Part shown: one piece after another, positions 16,483 through 26,234 of the stretch
How positions within the stretch are numbered: position 1 is the first letter of the stretch
How the letters are laid out: every line of letters begins with the position of its first letter
Source of the DNA: Candidatus Nomurabacteria bacterium
Lineage (GTDB): Bacteria > Patescibacteriota > Minisyncoccia > Phycocordibacterales > UBA9973
Assembly (NCBI GenBank): GCA_016199805.1
Contig: JACQGC010000013.1
Span: 1 to 51,826 of the forward strand
Reading direction: 5' to 3'
DNA length: 51,826 bases
Position numbers and translations under genes: made by a program
Notes under the pieces: generated by a model
Databases searched by the model: none
The model's input: only the letters and a program-made list of their open reading frames with translations
Told to the model about the DNA's origin: nothing

Positions 16483-17133
16483 TTATTTTAAAGTAAGAGT
16501 TAGGGTGTCTAAAACATTTTTACCAACGGTCTGGTCATCCGAATGCCGGGTGACTACCGCCAAGAAATATTTATTGTCTGGGCGGGTAGTAAATGCCCAA
16601 TCATATAGCTCGCCGTCTGCACCGAGAACTTTACTTGCCAGAACAAACCCGAGGCCTGAAGCATTTTTTGTTTCTGAAATATTTTTTGAGCTTAGGAATC
16701 CTCCATCCATTAAATTTTGCAAAATTTTTGCCACATTTCTATTTGGCACTACGGGCTCAAAGAGCAAGGTCGCTTTGGCGCCTTCGGCTATGGTGCCTTT
16801 GGCGTATTCGTTGATGACAAAATACCAACCTCTTGGTGTTATCTCTATACTGCCATCCTCTGGAAAGAGGCGATTGGGTAGTATACAATATTCTTTGGGT
16901 ACCGAAAAAGAATAGCCAAATTTGCTTGCAGTAAAATTATTCGTGCCAAAAGCGCAATCTTTGACGAGTTCAGTTTGCCTGTCTATCAATATGTACGGGT
17001 AAGATACTGTGCCAGTAAAAGCCATATAGATAAATGAAATCATTAAAATAATAAAGAAAAAGGTCAGTAATTTGTGTCTTTTTGTAAAGGCAATTGATTT
17101 GTCCATATAATCTTTTCTTAACAATTTCTTCAT
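16483..17133 (-). CDS. hypothetical membrane-anchored protein
   Basis: 216-aa ORF with one N-terminal TM segment. TATTAT (17140-17145, minus strand) lies 6 nt before the ATG. Confidence 0.6.
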   Translation of the reverse strand: MKKLLRKDYMDKSIAFTKRHKLLTFFFIILMISFIYMAFTGTVSYPYILIDRQTELVKDCAFGTNNFTASKFGYSFSVPKEYCILPNRLFPEDGSIEITPRGWYFVINEYAKGTIAEGAKATLLFEPVVPNRNVAKILQNLMDGGFLSSKNISETKNASGLGFVLASKVLGADGELYDWAFTTRPDNKYFLAVVTRHSDDQTVGKNVLDTLTLTLK

Positions 17134-17158
17134 TATGTTATAATATTATGAAGATATT

Positions 17159-18493
17159 ATGAATTATGCAAGTAATAAAATTAAAGTAGTGGTAATTGGA
17201 CTCCTTGTAATAGGAACTCTGGCAGCGGGCGCAAGAACAATAAGTATTTTACACAACAATCAACTAGTATTAAGCAAAGTCGGCTACCTAAAAGGAACTA
17301 CTCCAGTAGTGGCACCTACCAACCCAACACCCACAAAAACTACGACAAAAAAACCCGCCCCAACTCCAGCAACAACTCCGGCTAAAAATAATGACGACAG
17401 CAACGACAACAGTGATGATTCTCAGATTACTCCCGTAGCTTCCGGAACAACTTTTACTCTCACTATCACTCCTTCGACCAGTGGCATAGTCATTAGCAGC
17501 CCTTCCGGCATTGCTTGCGGCTCTAGTTGCTCGACTACTTTTAGTCCGGGAACTTTAGTAACACTGTCAGCTGCGGCAACTTCGGGATACACTTTCTCAG
17601 GATGGAGCTCCACTTCATGCCCGGGAACAGGAACTTGCGCAGTCACCATGAACTCTAATCAGACAATACTAGCCAGCTTTACTTTGGGTCAAAATCCTTC
17701 ATCACCGGCTTCGGGCGGCTCTGGATATACAGCATCTCAAGTATCTGCTCACAACTCTCAAGGTGATTGTTGGCTCATAATCTCTGGCAAAGTTTATAAT
17801 GTCACCAGTTTCATTTCCCAACATCCCGGCGGAGTAAACGCCATAGTTTCAAGATGCGGCACAGATGCCACCACCGCTTATACCACAAATGGCAACGGTG
17901 GACACGCACACTCGGCGTATGCGCAATCGCTCCTGCCGACTTATTATGTGGGAGATTTAACCACTGGTTCCAGTAACAACAATCCTCCTCCGGTGACAAT
18001 TTATACTTTGTCGGTTACTAAATCTGGAACCGGCTCCGGCAGTGTCTCTGGTGGTTCTATCTCCTGCGGTACTACTTGTTCAACAACAGTAAATGCCGGA
18101 ACATCTGTGTCCCTTACAGCAGCAGCGACTAGTGGTTCTACTTTTGTATCTTGGGGTGGAGCTTGCTCGGGAACAGGAACTTGTTCGTTAACATTGAATT
18201 CAAATCAAAGTGTAACAGCGACATTCAACACCACAACAACCACACCGCCACCGCCTGGAACTTTCACACTTTCTGTAACTTCAATAAACGGCACCGTGAC
18301 CAGCAATCCCTCGGCTATCTCTTGTGGTTCCACCTGCTCTGCAACCTTAGGTAGTGGTACATCCGTAATACTGACTGTTATCCCGAGCTCTGGTCACACT
18401 TTTACCGGCTGGAGTGGAGCTTGCTCGGGAACGAGCACCAGTTGCACAGTGCAAATGAATACGGACAAAACTGTGACAGCTAATTATAATTAA
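17159..18493 (+). CDS. secreted protein with a cytochrome b5-like heme-binding domain and three InlB-B-repeat-like modules
   Basis: 444 aa. N-terminal TM segment and a Pro/Thr linker. CWLIISGKVYNVTSFISQHPGG matches the cyt-b5 core. Three ~75-aa modules of the type TL.V..SG.G.V.S.P.GI.CG..CS......GT.V.L.A....G..F.GWSG.C.GT..C.V.M....V.A.F. Confidence 0.75.
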   Translation: MNYASNKIKVVVIGLLVIGTLAAGARTISILHNNQLVLSKVGYLKGTTPVVAPTNPTPTKTTTKKPAPTPATTPAKNNDDSNDNSDDSQITPVASGTTFTLTITPSTSGIVISSPSGIACGSSCSTTFSPGTLVTLSAAATSGYTFSGWSSTSCPGTGTCAVTMNSNQTILASFTLGQNPSSPASGGSGYTASQVSAHNSQGDCWLIISGKVYNVTSFISQHPGGVNAIVSRCGTDATTAYTTNGNGGHAHSAYAQSLLPTYYVGDLTTGSSNNNPPPVTIYTLSVTKSGTGSGSVSGGSISCGTTCSTTVNAGTSVSLTAAATSGSTFVSWGGACSGTGTCSLTLNSNQSVTATFNTTTTTPPPPGTFTLSVTSINGTVTSNPSAISCGSTCSATLGSGTSVILTVIPSSGHTFTGWSGACSGTSTSCTVQMNTDKTVTANYN

Positions 18494-18503
18494 TCTAAAA
18501 CAT

Positions 18504-18653
18504 ATGAACGAACCACAAAATAATTCTATAGCATCCACAATTATTTTTCTTTGTGCAACTGCGATTCTCGTATTTGCGATAACTTTGCTTGGAGAAAATT
18601 TTGTAACTACGCCGTCGAACAATATTAACAAACAGCAAACACAAACAGAATAA
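18504..18653 (+). CDS. hypothetical small membrane protein (49 aa)
   Basis: ORF below the track cutoff: MNEPQNNSIASTIIFLCATAILVFAITLLGENF... Its TAA overlaps the ATG of the next gene (TAATG). Confidence 0.35.
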   Translation: MNEPQNNSIASTIIFLCATAILVFAITLLGENFVTTPSNNINKQQTQTE

Positions 18654-19063
18654 TGAAAATCTCATTGCACATTCGCGGGACAACTTTTTTACGCATAGGT
18701 ATCTCTATAGTTATTTTGTGGTTTGGGGTACAGCAATTTTTGGACCCTACTATGTGGGTAGGTTTTATTCCGGACTTTATTATTAAACTCTCTCCAGTGA
18801 GCCCAACCACTCTGGTCCACCTAAACGGGGCACTTGAGCTCGTATTCGGTTCAGCACTACTTCTTGGATTTTTCACGCGTATCAGCGCGCTTATCTTGGC
18901 GCTGCACTTATTGGATATCACTCTCACCATAGGCCTAGACAGCATAGGTATGCGAGACCTGGGCCTCACCCTGGCCACCTTTGCCATATTCCTGAACGGA
19001 GCAGATTACATAAGCTTGGACAGAATTTTCTTTTTTAAACCGGAAGAAGAAACTAGAATTTAA
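18653..19063 (+). CDS. DoxX-family-like membrane protein
   Basis: 136 aa, four hydrophobic segments. LRIGISIVILWFGVQQF resembles the DoxX N-terminus. Confidence 0.6.
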   Translation: MKISLHIRGTTFLRIGISIVILWFGVQQFLDPTMWVGFIPDFIIKLSPVSPTTLVHLNGALELVFGSALLLGFFTRISALILALHLLDITLTIGLDSIGMRDLGLTLATFAIFLNGADYISLDRIFFFKPEEETRI

Positions 19064-20351
19064 TTATTTTCTCAAACTCTTTTTCAGTCAGGTAATTTTC
19101 GCCGACAACTATATCACGCAGGCTTTTTTTAGTTGTTGTTGATTTTTTTACTATTTCGGAGACTTTGTCGTAACCTAAGCGGGGAGACAGCAGAGTGGCA
19201 TAGGCCGTCGAAACTTCGAGATGCTTTTTGCATTTTTCTTTGTCGGCTTTTATTCCGGCTACACACAATTTATCAAACTGATTTATTGTTTCCGTCGAAA
19301 GTATTATAGATTCAATCAATCTGTCCACCATTATCGGTATCATCACGCCGAGCTCCATCTGCGCTCCCTCTACGGCTTTCTCTATGGACACATTGTTCCC
19401 GGAGACCAAAAAATAAAGCTGGTTTACCGTCTCGGGCAAGACCGGGTTTACTTTGCCCGGCATAATAGACGAACCTTTTTGTATTTCGGGTAAGATTATT
19501 TCTCCTATTCCGCCATTTGGCCCAGAAGACATAAATTTAAAATCATTGGCAATTTTTGATAAATCCACACACAACGTCGTGATGGTTTGTGAAATTATCA
19601 GGAAATCCGTCTGCCCACTGGTTTTGGACATCAGATTTTTAGCTTTATGAAACTTCTCACTGGTTAGTTTATTTAATTCTTTATAAACTTGCTTGATGTA
19701 AGCAGGGGAGGCATTTATGGAATTTCCGACAGCAGTGCCGCCTAAATTCAGCACTTTACATAAATCTTTTGCATTTTTTATTTGCTTCACATGCTCATTC
19801 AAACTGTCCGCGTAAGACATAAATTCCGCGCCCAAGGTTGTAGGCACGGCGTCTTGCATATGGGTACGACCAAGCTTATTTATATTTTTAAATTCTTTGG
19901 ATTTCTTTTGAAAGGTTTTTACCAGCGCGGAAAGTTTAATTTCCAAATCCTGAAGCAGAAAGAGTGAAGCCACTTTCAAAGCTGAAGGGTTCACATCGTT
20001 TGTAGACTGTGAAGCATTCACATAGTCGTTCGGGTGAACCTTGACTCCTGAAATTTCTGAAGCTCTATTCGCTACAACTTCATTCACATTCATATGTATA
20101 GCCGTACCCGCTCCGCCCTGAAAACTGGAAAGAGGGAATTGGTCATTGCGTTTTCCCGAAAGAATTTCATCGCAAGCTTTTATAATTGCGTTTTTTATTT
20201 CCTTGCTGATGTTTCCAGCCGCAAAATTGGCTGAAGCCGCAGCTTTTTTAATCTTAACGACAGCAAAGATAAACTCCACCCGAACTAAATGTGTGGAAAA
20301 AGGGAAGTTTTTAAGAGCCTTTTCCGTCTCAGCACCGTAGTATTTCTTCAT
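19053..20351 (-). CDS. aspA: aspartate ammonia-lyase / class II fumarase family lyase
   Basis: 432 aa. YYGAETEKALKNFPFS N-terminus. Signature GSSIMPGKVNP. TNDV block. Confidence 0.75.
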   Translation of the reverse strand: MKKYYGAETEKALKNFPFSTHLVRVEFIFAVVKIKKAAASANFAAGNISKEIKNAIIKACDEILSGKRNDQFPLSSFQGGAGTAIHMNVNEVVANRASEISGVKVHPNDYVNASQSTNDVNPSALKVASLFLLQDLEIKLSALVKTFQKKSKEFKNINKLGRTHMQDAVPTTLGAEFMSYADSLNEHVKQIKNAKDLCKVLNLGGTAVGNSINASPAYIKQVYKELNKLTSEKFHKAKNLMSKTSGQTDFLIISQTITTLCVDLSKIANDFKFMSSGPNGGIGEIILPEIQKGSSIMPGKVNPVLPETVNQLYFLVSGNNVSIEKAVEGAQMELGVMIPIMVDRLIESIILSTETINQFDKLCVAGIKADKEKCKKHLEVSTAYATLLSPRLGYDKVSEIVKKSTTTKKSLRDIVVGENYLTEKEFEKIIKF

Positions 20352-20387
20352 AATCTATATGGTACTCCAAGTATATAAATTGGCAAG

Positions 20388-21167
20388 ATGAAGAAAGAGG
20401 TATATTATACAAGAATGAATACTGGAAGCCTAGAAAATCCGAATATATCTTTTAGAAAAAATACCGGAAAGGAAACAATAGTAAAAATAATCAGTGAGAT
20501 TCCTATCGCGGAAGGGAGTTTTGGAAAGATTTTTGATACTGTTATTGAAAAAGGTGGTCATCAAAAAAGGTTTATAGTAAAAAAATATTTTAACTACACA
20601 CCAGACCTTCCAAAATATAATTACATGGTTAAAGAAAGCACCCAGCGAGCATTTCATAATTATATTTTAGCAAAAAATGCTGGATTAAAAGTATTTCCAA
20701 CATTTAGAATAAGTGAAGATGGAGAAAGCATATTAATGACCACTGGTTTTTCTGAGAATCAGACATGTGTGGGTAGTAATGGTGGTTTAAATTTGAGCAC
20801 TCTTGAACAACTTCCCATTGAAGAAATAGAGAATCTTGATAAATTTCTGACGGATTTTTTTGCTGAGGGCTTAAAGGCAGCTCAAAAAGGTATTGACGTT
20901 TTTCGTGATGTTTTCTTTTTTATTTTAAGTAATGACGTACCTACGAAAATAGATTTTGTTATTGGTGATTTAGATAATTTAAAAAAAGTCGAGCCAACGA
21001 AAAATCTTGCGAGAAAAAACACAGAGCAGATAAAAATTTCCTTGATTGATTTTTGTGATCATAATGTTGCACATATTGCGCCTAATTTTGCAGAAACTTT
21101 TTTAAAAAGAGTTGAATATTACTACAAACAGAGCGTTAACAGTGTAAATAGCAGCGGATTAAAATAG
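20388..21167 (+). CDS. hypothetical protein (weak protein-kinase-like features)
   Basis: 259 aa. AEGSFGKIF ... FIVKKY resembles a Gly-loop plus Lys. A later FVIGDLDN is present. TATAAA (20374-20379) lies 8 nt before the ATG. Confidence 0.55.
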   Translation: MKKEVYYTRMNTGSLENPNISFRKNTGKETIVKIISEIPIAEGSFGKIFDTVIEKGGHQKRFIVKKYFNYTPDLPKYNYMVKESTQRAFHNYILAKNAGLKVFPTFRISEDGESILMTTGFSENQTCVGSNGGLNLSTLEQLPIEEIENLDKFLTDFFAEGLKAAQKGIDVFRDVFFFILSNDVPTKIDFVIGDLDNLKKVEPTKNLARKNTEQIKISLIDFCDHNVAHIAPNFAETFLKRVEYYYKQSVNSVNSSGLK

Positions 21168-21183
21168 TGTATAATACAAATAT

Positions 21184-22254
21184 ATGCGAATACTAGATGA
21201 CATAAAGTTGGATTACCAGGATGTGTTGTTGCGGCCGAAAAGGAGCACTCTTATGTCCCGAAAAGACGTTCTGTTGGAACGGTCTTTTACCTTTTACCAT
21301 TCTCCGAAAACTTGGACGGGGTTGCCGATAATGACAGCAAACATGGCCACCTGCGGGACTTTTGAAATGGCCCGTATTCTTTCCGAATATAAAATGATTA
21401 CCACTTTTCATAAATATTACACAGTGAAAGATTATGAGAAATTTTTCAAGACTTTCAAAAACCCGGATTATATTTGTTACACCCTCGGCATCCGCGAGCA
21501 AGATATGAAGCAATTGAAGCAAATGAAAGCAAAAAAACTTTTGGAGAAATTTTCTTTCATTTGCCTGGACGTGCCAAACGGCTACCTGCAAAGATTTTTG
21601 GAAGTAATCAAGGAAGTCCGCAAGATGTGCCCACAGCATATCATCATCGCCGGCAATGTCGTCACCAATGAAATCACCGAAGAAATTATTTTAGCCGGAG
21701 CGGATATCGTAAAGATTGGTATCGGCCCGGGTTCCGCTTGCACCACCAGGCGCATGACCGGTGTGGGCTATCCGCAACTCTCGGCAGTGATAGAATGCGC
21801 CGATGCGGCGCACGGCATAGCCAATGAACAGGGAGTGGGAAGAATAATTGCCGACGGCGGACAACAACATCCTTCCGACATAGCCAAGGCTTTTTGCGGC
21901 GGAGCGGATTTTAATTTATTCGGTTCCATGTGGTCCGGCTTTGAACAAAGCGGCGGCGAGACGGTGATAAAAGACGGCAAAAAATATAAAGAATATTTTG
22001 GTTCCTCTTCCAACAAAGCCATGGAAGAATTTTACGGTAAAAAAGACGCGCACCGGGCAAGTGAGGGGCGCTATACGCTCATTCCGCATAAAGGCGATAT
22101 TCATGTCTTCATCCAAGACCTGCTCGGGTCGCTCCGCAGCACGGCCACATATATAGGCGCCAGACAGCTAAAAGAATTTCCAAAGAGAGCGACTTTCATA
22201 AAAGTAAACCGTCAACTCACTTCTTATCTTGAGAAATACGACAAAGGAGAGTAA
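21184..22254 (+). CDS. guaC: GMP reductase
   Basis: 356 aa, collinear with the E. coli GuaC pattern: MRI..D.KL...[41 protein letters not shown]. Confidence 0.9.
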   Translation: MRILDDIKLDYQDVLLRPKRSTLMSRKDVLLERSFTFYHSPKTWTGLPIMTANMATCGTFEMARILSEYKMITTFHKYYTVKDYEKFFKTFKNPDYICYTLGIREQDMKQLKQMKAKKLLEKFSFICLDVPNGYLQRFLEVIKEVRKMCPQHIIIAGNVVTNEITEEIILAGADIVKIGIGPGSACTTRRMTGVGYPQLSAVIECADAAHGIANEQGVGRIIADGGQQHPSDIAKAFCGGADFNLFGSMWSGFEQSGGETVIKDGKKYKEYFGSSSNKAMEEFYGKKDAHRASEGRYTLIPHKGDIHVFIQDLLGSLRSTATYIGARQLKEFPKRATFIKVNRQLTSYLEKYDKGE

Positions 22255-22263
22255 AATGAGAAA

Positions 22264-22539
22264 ATGCTCCAGAGAATTTTAGCTTTTTTCTTACTTTTGT
22301 TTTCCGTGCTCTTCATGCCGCTTTGGGTGACGGCCATATTGGCGCTCGCGGGAATAATATATTTTAAAGTTTTTTTTGAAGCAGTCTTGATATTCATCCT
22401 TTCGGATTTACTTTATGGAATCAAGGAAACGAAAAATTCACCCATGCTTTTTATTTCATTTTTTATTTCGGTATTAGTTTTGGTAATGATAGAAATTTTT
22501 AAGAAAAGAATCAGATATTATGATAACTCGAATTACTAA
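22264..22539 (+). CDS. small membrane protein (possibly MreD-like)
   Basis: 91 aa, three TM segments. Overlaps the start of the PBP2 gene. The functional guess is from position only. Confidence 0.45.
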   Translation: MLQRILAFFLLLFSVLFMPLWVTAILALAGIIYFKVFFEAVLIFILSDLLYGIKETKNSPMLFISFFISVLVLVMIEIFKKRIRYYDNSNY

Positions 22540-24214
22540 AAAAAATAATTTAAGAAACAAAAATTCCTTCGTCGAACCCGACGAAATTTTTTTAGACTCT
22601 TCAAATATACAAAATTTTGACCGTCAGCAGTTTGAAGGACGTATCGAAAAACCAATTCACAAGAGCACTATTTTGTCTCTCGGGGTTTTGTTTTTATTTA
22701 TTGTCGGTATTTTCGGTGTGCGGCTCGTCTATCTGCAAATACAAAAAGGAGACGCCTACATGAAACGCAGCCAAAACAATATCCTCCAGAAAGCCATTCT
22801 CTTTACCGACCGGGGCATAATTTACGACCGCAATAAAGTGGAATTGGTCTGGAATAAAAAGACAGAAGGGGACACTATTCCCACCCGCGCCTATATAACA
22901 CCGGGTTTTTCGCACCTTTTAGGCTATGTCAGCTATCCGTCACGAGATAGTACAGGCAACTTTTGGCAGGGCGACTTCATAGGAAAAGACGGCTTGGAAA
23001 AACAATACAACGACAGCTTAAAAGGAGAAAACGGTTCAAAGATAATAGAAACAGACGCCCTCGGCAAAGTATATTCGGAAAATATTGTGGATGCGCCCAA
23101 GCAAGGCACAGACCTGGTCACGACAGTAGATTCCAGAATCCAAAAAGAATTATTTACTCTGATTCAAAATGTTTCCGCCAGCCGCACATTCACTGGCGGA
23201 GCTGGAGTGATAATGAACGCCCAAAATGGAGAAGTACTAACTTCCACCAGCTTCCCGGAATACAATTCGGAAATTTTATCATTTGGAAAAGACGCCACAA
23301 CCATAAAAAATTACCTGACTGATTCCAGAAAAGTTTTTATGGACAGAGATGTTTCCGGGCTGTACACTCCCGGCTCCATCGTCAAGCCTTTCTTTGCCTT
23401 GGGGGCGCTGAACGAAAACGTGATTGACCCAAACACAAAAATTCTTTCCACTGGTTCCATTTCGATTCCAAACCCATATTTCCCCGACCAAAAAACAGTT
23501 TTTAAAGACTGGAGAGTAAACGGTTGGGTGAATATGATGCAGGCCATAGCTGTGTCTTGCGACGTTTATTTTTATGAAATAGGCGGAGGATATCTAAACC
23601 AAAAAGGACTTGGTATCGTCAACCTCGAAAAATATGCCCGGCTTTTCGGTTTTGGCGACCAGACCGGAATAGATTTGCCGGGCGAAAAGCAAGGAACGAT
23701 TCCAAGCCCGGAATGGAAAGCTGTAAACTTCAAAGGCGACCCTTGGCGCATTGGAGATACTTATCATACCGCCATCGGGCAGTACGGCTTTCAGGTCACT
23801 CCGATGGAAATGGCACGCGCCACGGCCGCTCTTGCTAATGACGGAAAACTTTTGACTCCACACTTGGTTTTGGGCGACACGGTAAAAGAAAGCGAAGTCG
23901 CCAACGTGAATCTGCCAAAAAATTATTTCGATGTTGTGCAAGAGGGGATGCGGGAAGCGGTTTCCACGGGAACTGCACTATCCTTGAATGTACCTTATGT
24001 CAAGGTCGCTGCCAAGACCGGTACCGCCCAACTCGGCGTCGCCAAAAACAAAGTGAACTCTTGGGTCATTGGCTTCTTCCCGTACGAAAATCCAAAATAC
24101 GCGTTTGCTATAATGATGGAAGCCGGGCCAAACACAAACAGCGTGGGCGCCTCGTCCGTAATGCGGCAGCTTTTGGACTGGATGAGCATAAACACACCGG
24201 AATATTTTAAATAA
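22520..24214 (+). CDS. mrdA: penicillin-binding protein 2 (peptidoglycan D,D-transpeptidase)
   Basis: 564 aa. N-terminal TM segment. SxxK (GSIVKP), SxD (SCDVYF) and KTGTA motifs. Confidence 0.9.
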   Translation: MITRITKKNNLRNKNSFVEPDEIFLDSSNIQNFDRQQFEGRIEKPIHKSTILSLGVLFLFIVGIFGVRLVYLQIQKGDAYMKRSQNNILQKAILFTDRGIIYDRNKVELVWNKKTEGDTIPTRAYITPGFSHLLGYVSYPSRDSTGNFWQGDFIGKDGLEKQYNDSLKGENGSKIIETDALGKVYSENIVDAPKQGTDLVTTVDSRIQKELFTLIQNVSASRTFTGGAGVIMNAQNGEVLTSTSFPEYNSEILSFGKDATTIKNYLTDSRKVFMDRDVSGLYTPGSIVKPFFALGALNENVIDPNTKILSTGSISIPNPYFPDQKTVFKDWRVNGWVNMMQAIAVSCDVYFYEIGGGYLNQKGLGIVNLEKYARLFGFGDQTGIDLPGEKQGTIPSPEWKAVNFKGDPWRIGDTYHTAIGQYGFQVTPMEMARATAALANDGKLLTPHLVLGDTVKESEVANVNLPKNYFDVVQEGMREAVSTGTALSLNVPYVKVAAKTGTAQLGVAKNKVNSWVIGFFPYENPKYAFAIMMEAGPNTNSVGASSVMRQLLDWMSINTPEYFK

Positions 24215-24220
24215 ATATTC

Positions 24221-24308
24221 CACCCCGTCTCGCAAGCGAGATACCCCTCAAGAGGGGAATCAAATCCCCTCGCCAGTATTCTGGAGAGGGGTAGGGGTGA
24301 GGCAGAGG
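24221..24308. repeat. GC-rich multi-hairpin intergenic element R1
   Basis: Hairpins TCTCGC-AA-GCGAGA, CCCCTC-AA-GAGGGG and CCCCTC...GAGGGG, with tail GGGGTAGGGGTGAGG. Shares modules with R2 and R3. Confidence 0.55.
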
Positions 24309-24335
24309 AATTTGCTTTTGTTTCTCTTTTTTTGA

Positions 24336-24341
24336 TATAAT
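24336..24341 (+). promoter_or_regulatory. -10 box (TGaTATAAT) 6 nt upstream of the ATG at 24348
   Basis: ttTGaTATAATgaggctATG. Confidence 0.5.
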
Positions 24342-24347
24342 GAGGCT

Positions 24348-24563
24348 ATGAGCAAACCACGAATACTTTTGGTTTTGGGAACTTGGGTGACTATCTTGCC
24401 TTACCTCGGCTTTCCTAATTCCTGGAAAGATGTCTTGTATACTTTGACCGGGCTCGGGCTGGTTTTTATCAGCTATCTGATGTACCGGGAACGTAAAGCC
24501 AAAGCGGACCAGGAAAAAACTTTTGATAATTTCAGCGAGAATAGCGACTTTGGTGTAAATTAA
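24348..24563 (+). CDS. small membrane protein, hypothetical
   Basis: 71 aa with two TM segments. Confidence 0.5.
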   Translation: MSKPRILLVLGTWVTILPYLGFPNSWKDVLYTLTGLGLVFISYLMYRERKAKADQEKTFDNFSENSDFGVN

Positions 24564-24573
24564 AATTTAAAAC

Positions 24574-25785
24574 ATGGAAAAATTTTCTAAAACAAAACAA
24601 TACACCGTCACGGTCTTGCTTATAGTTTTATTTTTCGGCTTTGGTGTTTTTGTCGGAGACAGAAACCGTCCAGCAATAGATAAAATCACCGGCATCGCCA
24701 ACAAAGAAACCCAAGTCACCACTACGGCCGACTTTGCTCCTTTCTGGAAGGTCTGGAACACAATGAACGAAAAGTCTCCTAGTATCTCCAAAATATCCGA
24801 CCAAGACAAGGTTTATGGGGCTATTTCCGGCCTCGTAGGCTCTCTAAATGACCCATATAGCGTGTTTTTTCCACCTGACGAGACGAAGTCTTTCCAAGAC
24901 GAAATAGCCGGTAATTTCACCGGAATAGGTATGGAAGTCGGCATAAAAGACAAGGTCCTTACAGTTGTAGCTCCGCTCAAAGATACGCCGGCTTTTAATG
25001 CGGGAATCAAGCCCGGAGATAAGATTTTAAAGATTGACGCGAAGGTGACTTCAGATTTGACCATAGAAGAAGCCATCAAGCTTATACGCGGAGAAAAAGG
25101 CACGACAGTCACCCTTACGATTTTCCGTGATGGTGAAAAAACCACCAGAGAAGTAAAAATTGAGAGAGACATCATAAATGTGCCCACACTGGACACGGAA
25201 AAAAGAGCGGATGGAATTTTTGTTATCAAGCTTTACAGTTTTTCCGCCAACTCCGCCAATCTCTTCCGCGATGCCATGAAACAATTTGTGGATTCCGGAG
25301 ACGGCAAACTTCTGCTTGATTTGCGGGGCAATCCGGGCGGCTATCTGGATGCGGCCGTAAACATGGCCAGTTGGTTCTTGCCAAACGGCAAGACAATCGT
25401 TACCGAAGATTATGGCGGAAATAAACCTCAGGAAATATTCAGGAGTAAGGGCTATGATATATTTACAGATAAATTAAAATTTGTAATTTTGATAGACGGT
25501 GGTTCGGCTTCCGCTTCGGAGATATTGGCCGGCGCCATGCAGGACAACGGCATCGCCAAGCTCGTCGGCGCGCAAAGCTTTGGCAAGGGCACGGTACAAG
25601 AGCTCGTAAACATTACTCCTGACACAGTTCTGAAGATTACAGTGGCAAAATGGCTCACCCCAAAGGGAACATGGATTTCGGAAAAAGGTTTGACCCCTGA
25701 CTATCCGGTAGACATTTCAGCCAAAGACATGGCAAATAAAGTGGATACGCAGTTGAATAAGGCAGTGGAATTATTAAACAAGTAA
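24574..25785 (+). CDS. carboxy-terminal processing protease (S41) with PDZ domain
   Basis: 403 aa. GIKPGDKILKID (PDZ), DLRGNPGGYL and GGSASASEILAGA motifs. Confidence 0.9.
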   Translation: MEKFSKTKQYTVTVLLIVLFFGFGVFVGDRNRPAIDKITGIANKETQVTTTADFAPFWKVWNTMNEKSPSISKISDQDKVYGAISGLVGSLNDPYSVFFPPDETKSFQDEIAGNFTGIGMEVGIKDKVLTVVAPLKDTPAFNAGIKPGDKILKIDAKVTSDLTIEEAIKLIRGEKGTTVTLTIFRDGEKTTREVKIERDIINVPTLDTEKRADGIFVIKLYSFSANSANLFRDAMKQFVDSGDGKLLLDLRGNPGGYLDAAVNMASWFLPNGKTIVTEDYGGNKPQEIFRSKGYDIFTDKLKFVILIDGGSASASEILAGAMQDNGIAKLVGAQSFGKGTVQELVNITPDTVLKITVAKWLTPKGTWISEKGLTPDYPVDISAKDMANKVDTQLNKAVELLNK

Positions 25786-25790
25786 AAAAT

Positions 25791-26234
25791 ATGAAAGTTA
25801 TTTTTCTACAAGACATGCCGAGGGTCGGCAAAAAATACGACATCAAAGAAGTAAATGACGGCTATGTCATGAACTTTCTCATTCCGAGAAAGCTTGCCGA
25901 ACCGGCGACCGCCCAAGCCGTGGCCAGCCTGGAAAAAAGAAAAAAGAATATAGAGATAGAGAGGGAAGTGCAAGACGACCTTTTAATGAAAAACCTGGAA
26001 GCGATAAAAGGCAAAGTCATAACCATCAAAGGCAAAGGGAACGTTAAAGGCAGTCTCTTTAAATCCATCCACAAGAAAGAAATTGTGGAGGAAATGAAAA
26101 AACAAAATAATGCCGACATCAATGAAGAATTTATAGTCCTCGAGAAACCAATAAAAGAAATAGGGGAGTTTGATATTCCGATTGCCATAAAAGGCAAAAA
26201 GTCTTCGTTTAAACTTGTCGTAGAGAAAATATAA
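25791..26234 (+). CDS. rplI: 50S ribosomal protein L9
   Basis: MKVIFLQDMPRVGKKYDIKEVNDGYVMNFLIPRKLA is a typical L9 N-domain. Confidence 0.9.
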   Translation: MKVIFLQDMPRVGKKYDIKEVNDGYVMNFLIPRKLAEPATAQAVASLEKRKKNIEIEREVQDDLLMKNLEAIKGKVITIKGKGNVKGSLFKSIHKKEIVEEMKKQNNADINEEFIVLEKPIKEIGEFDIPIAIKGKKSSFKLVVEKI

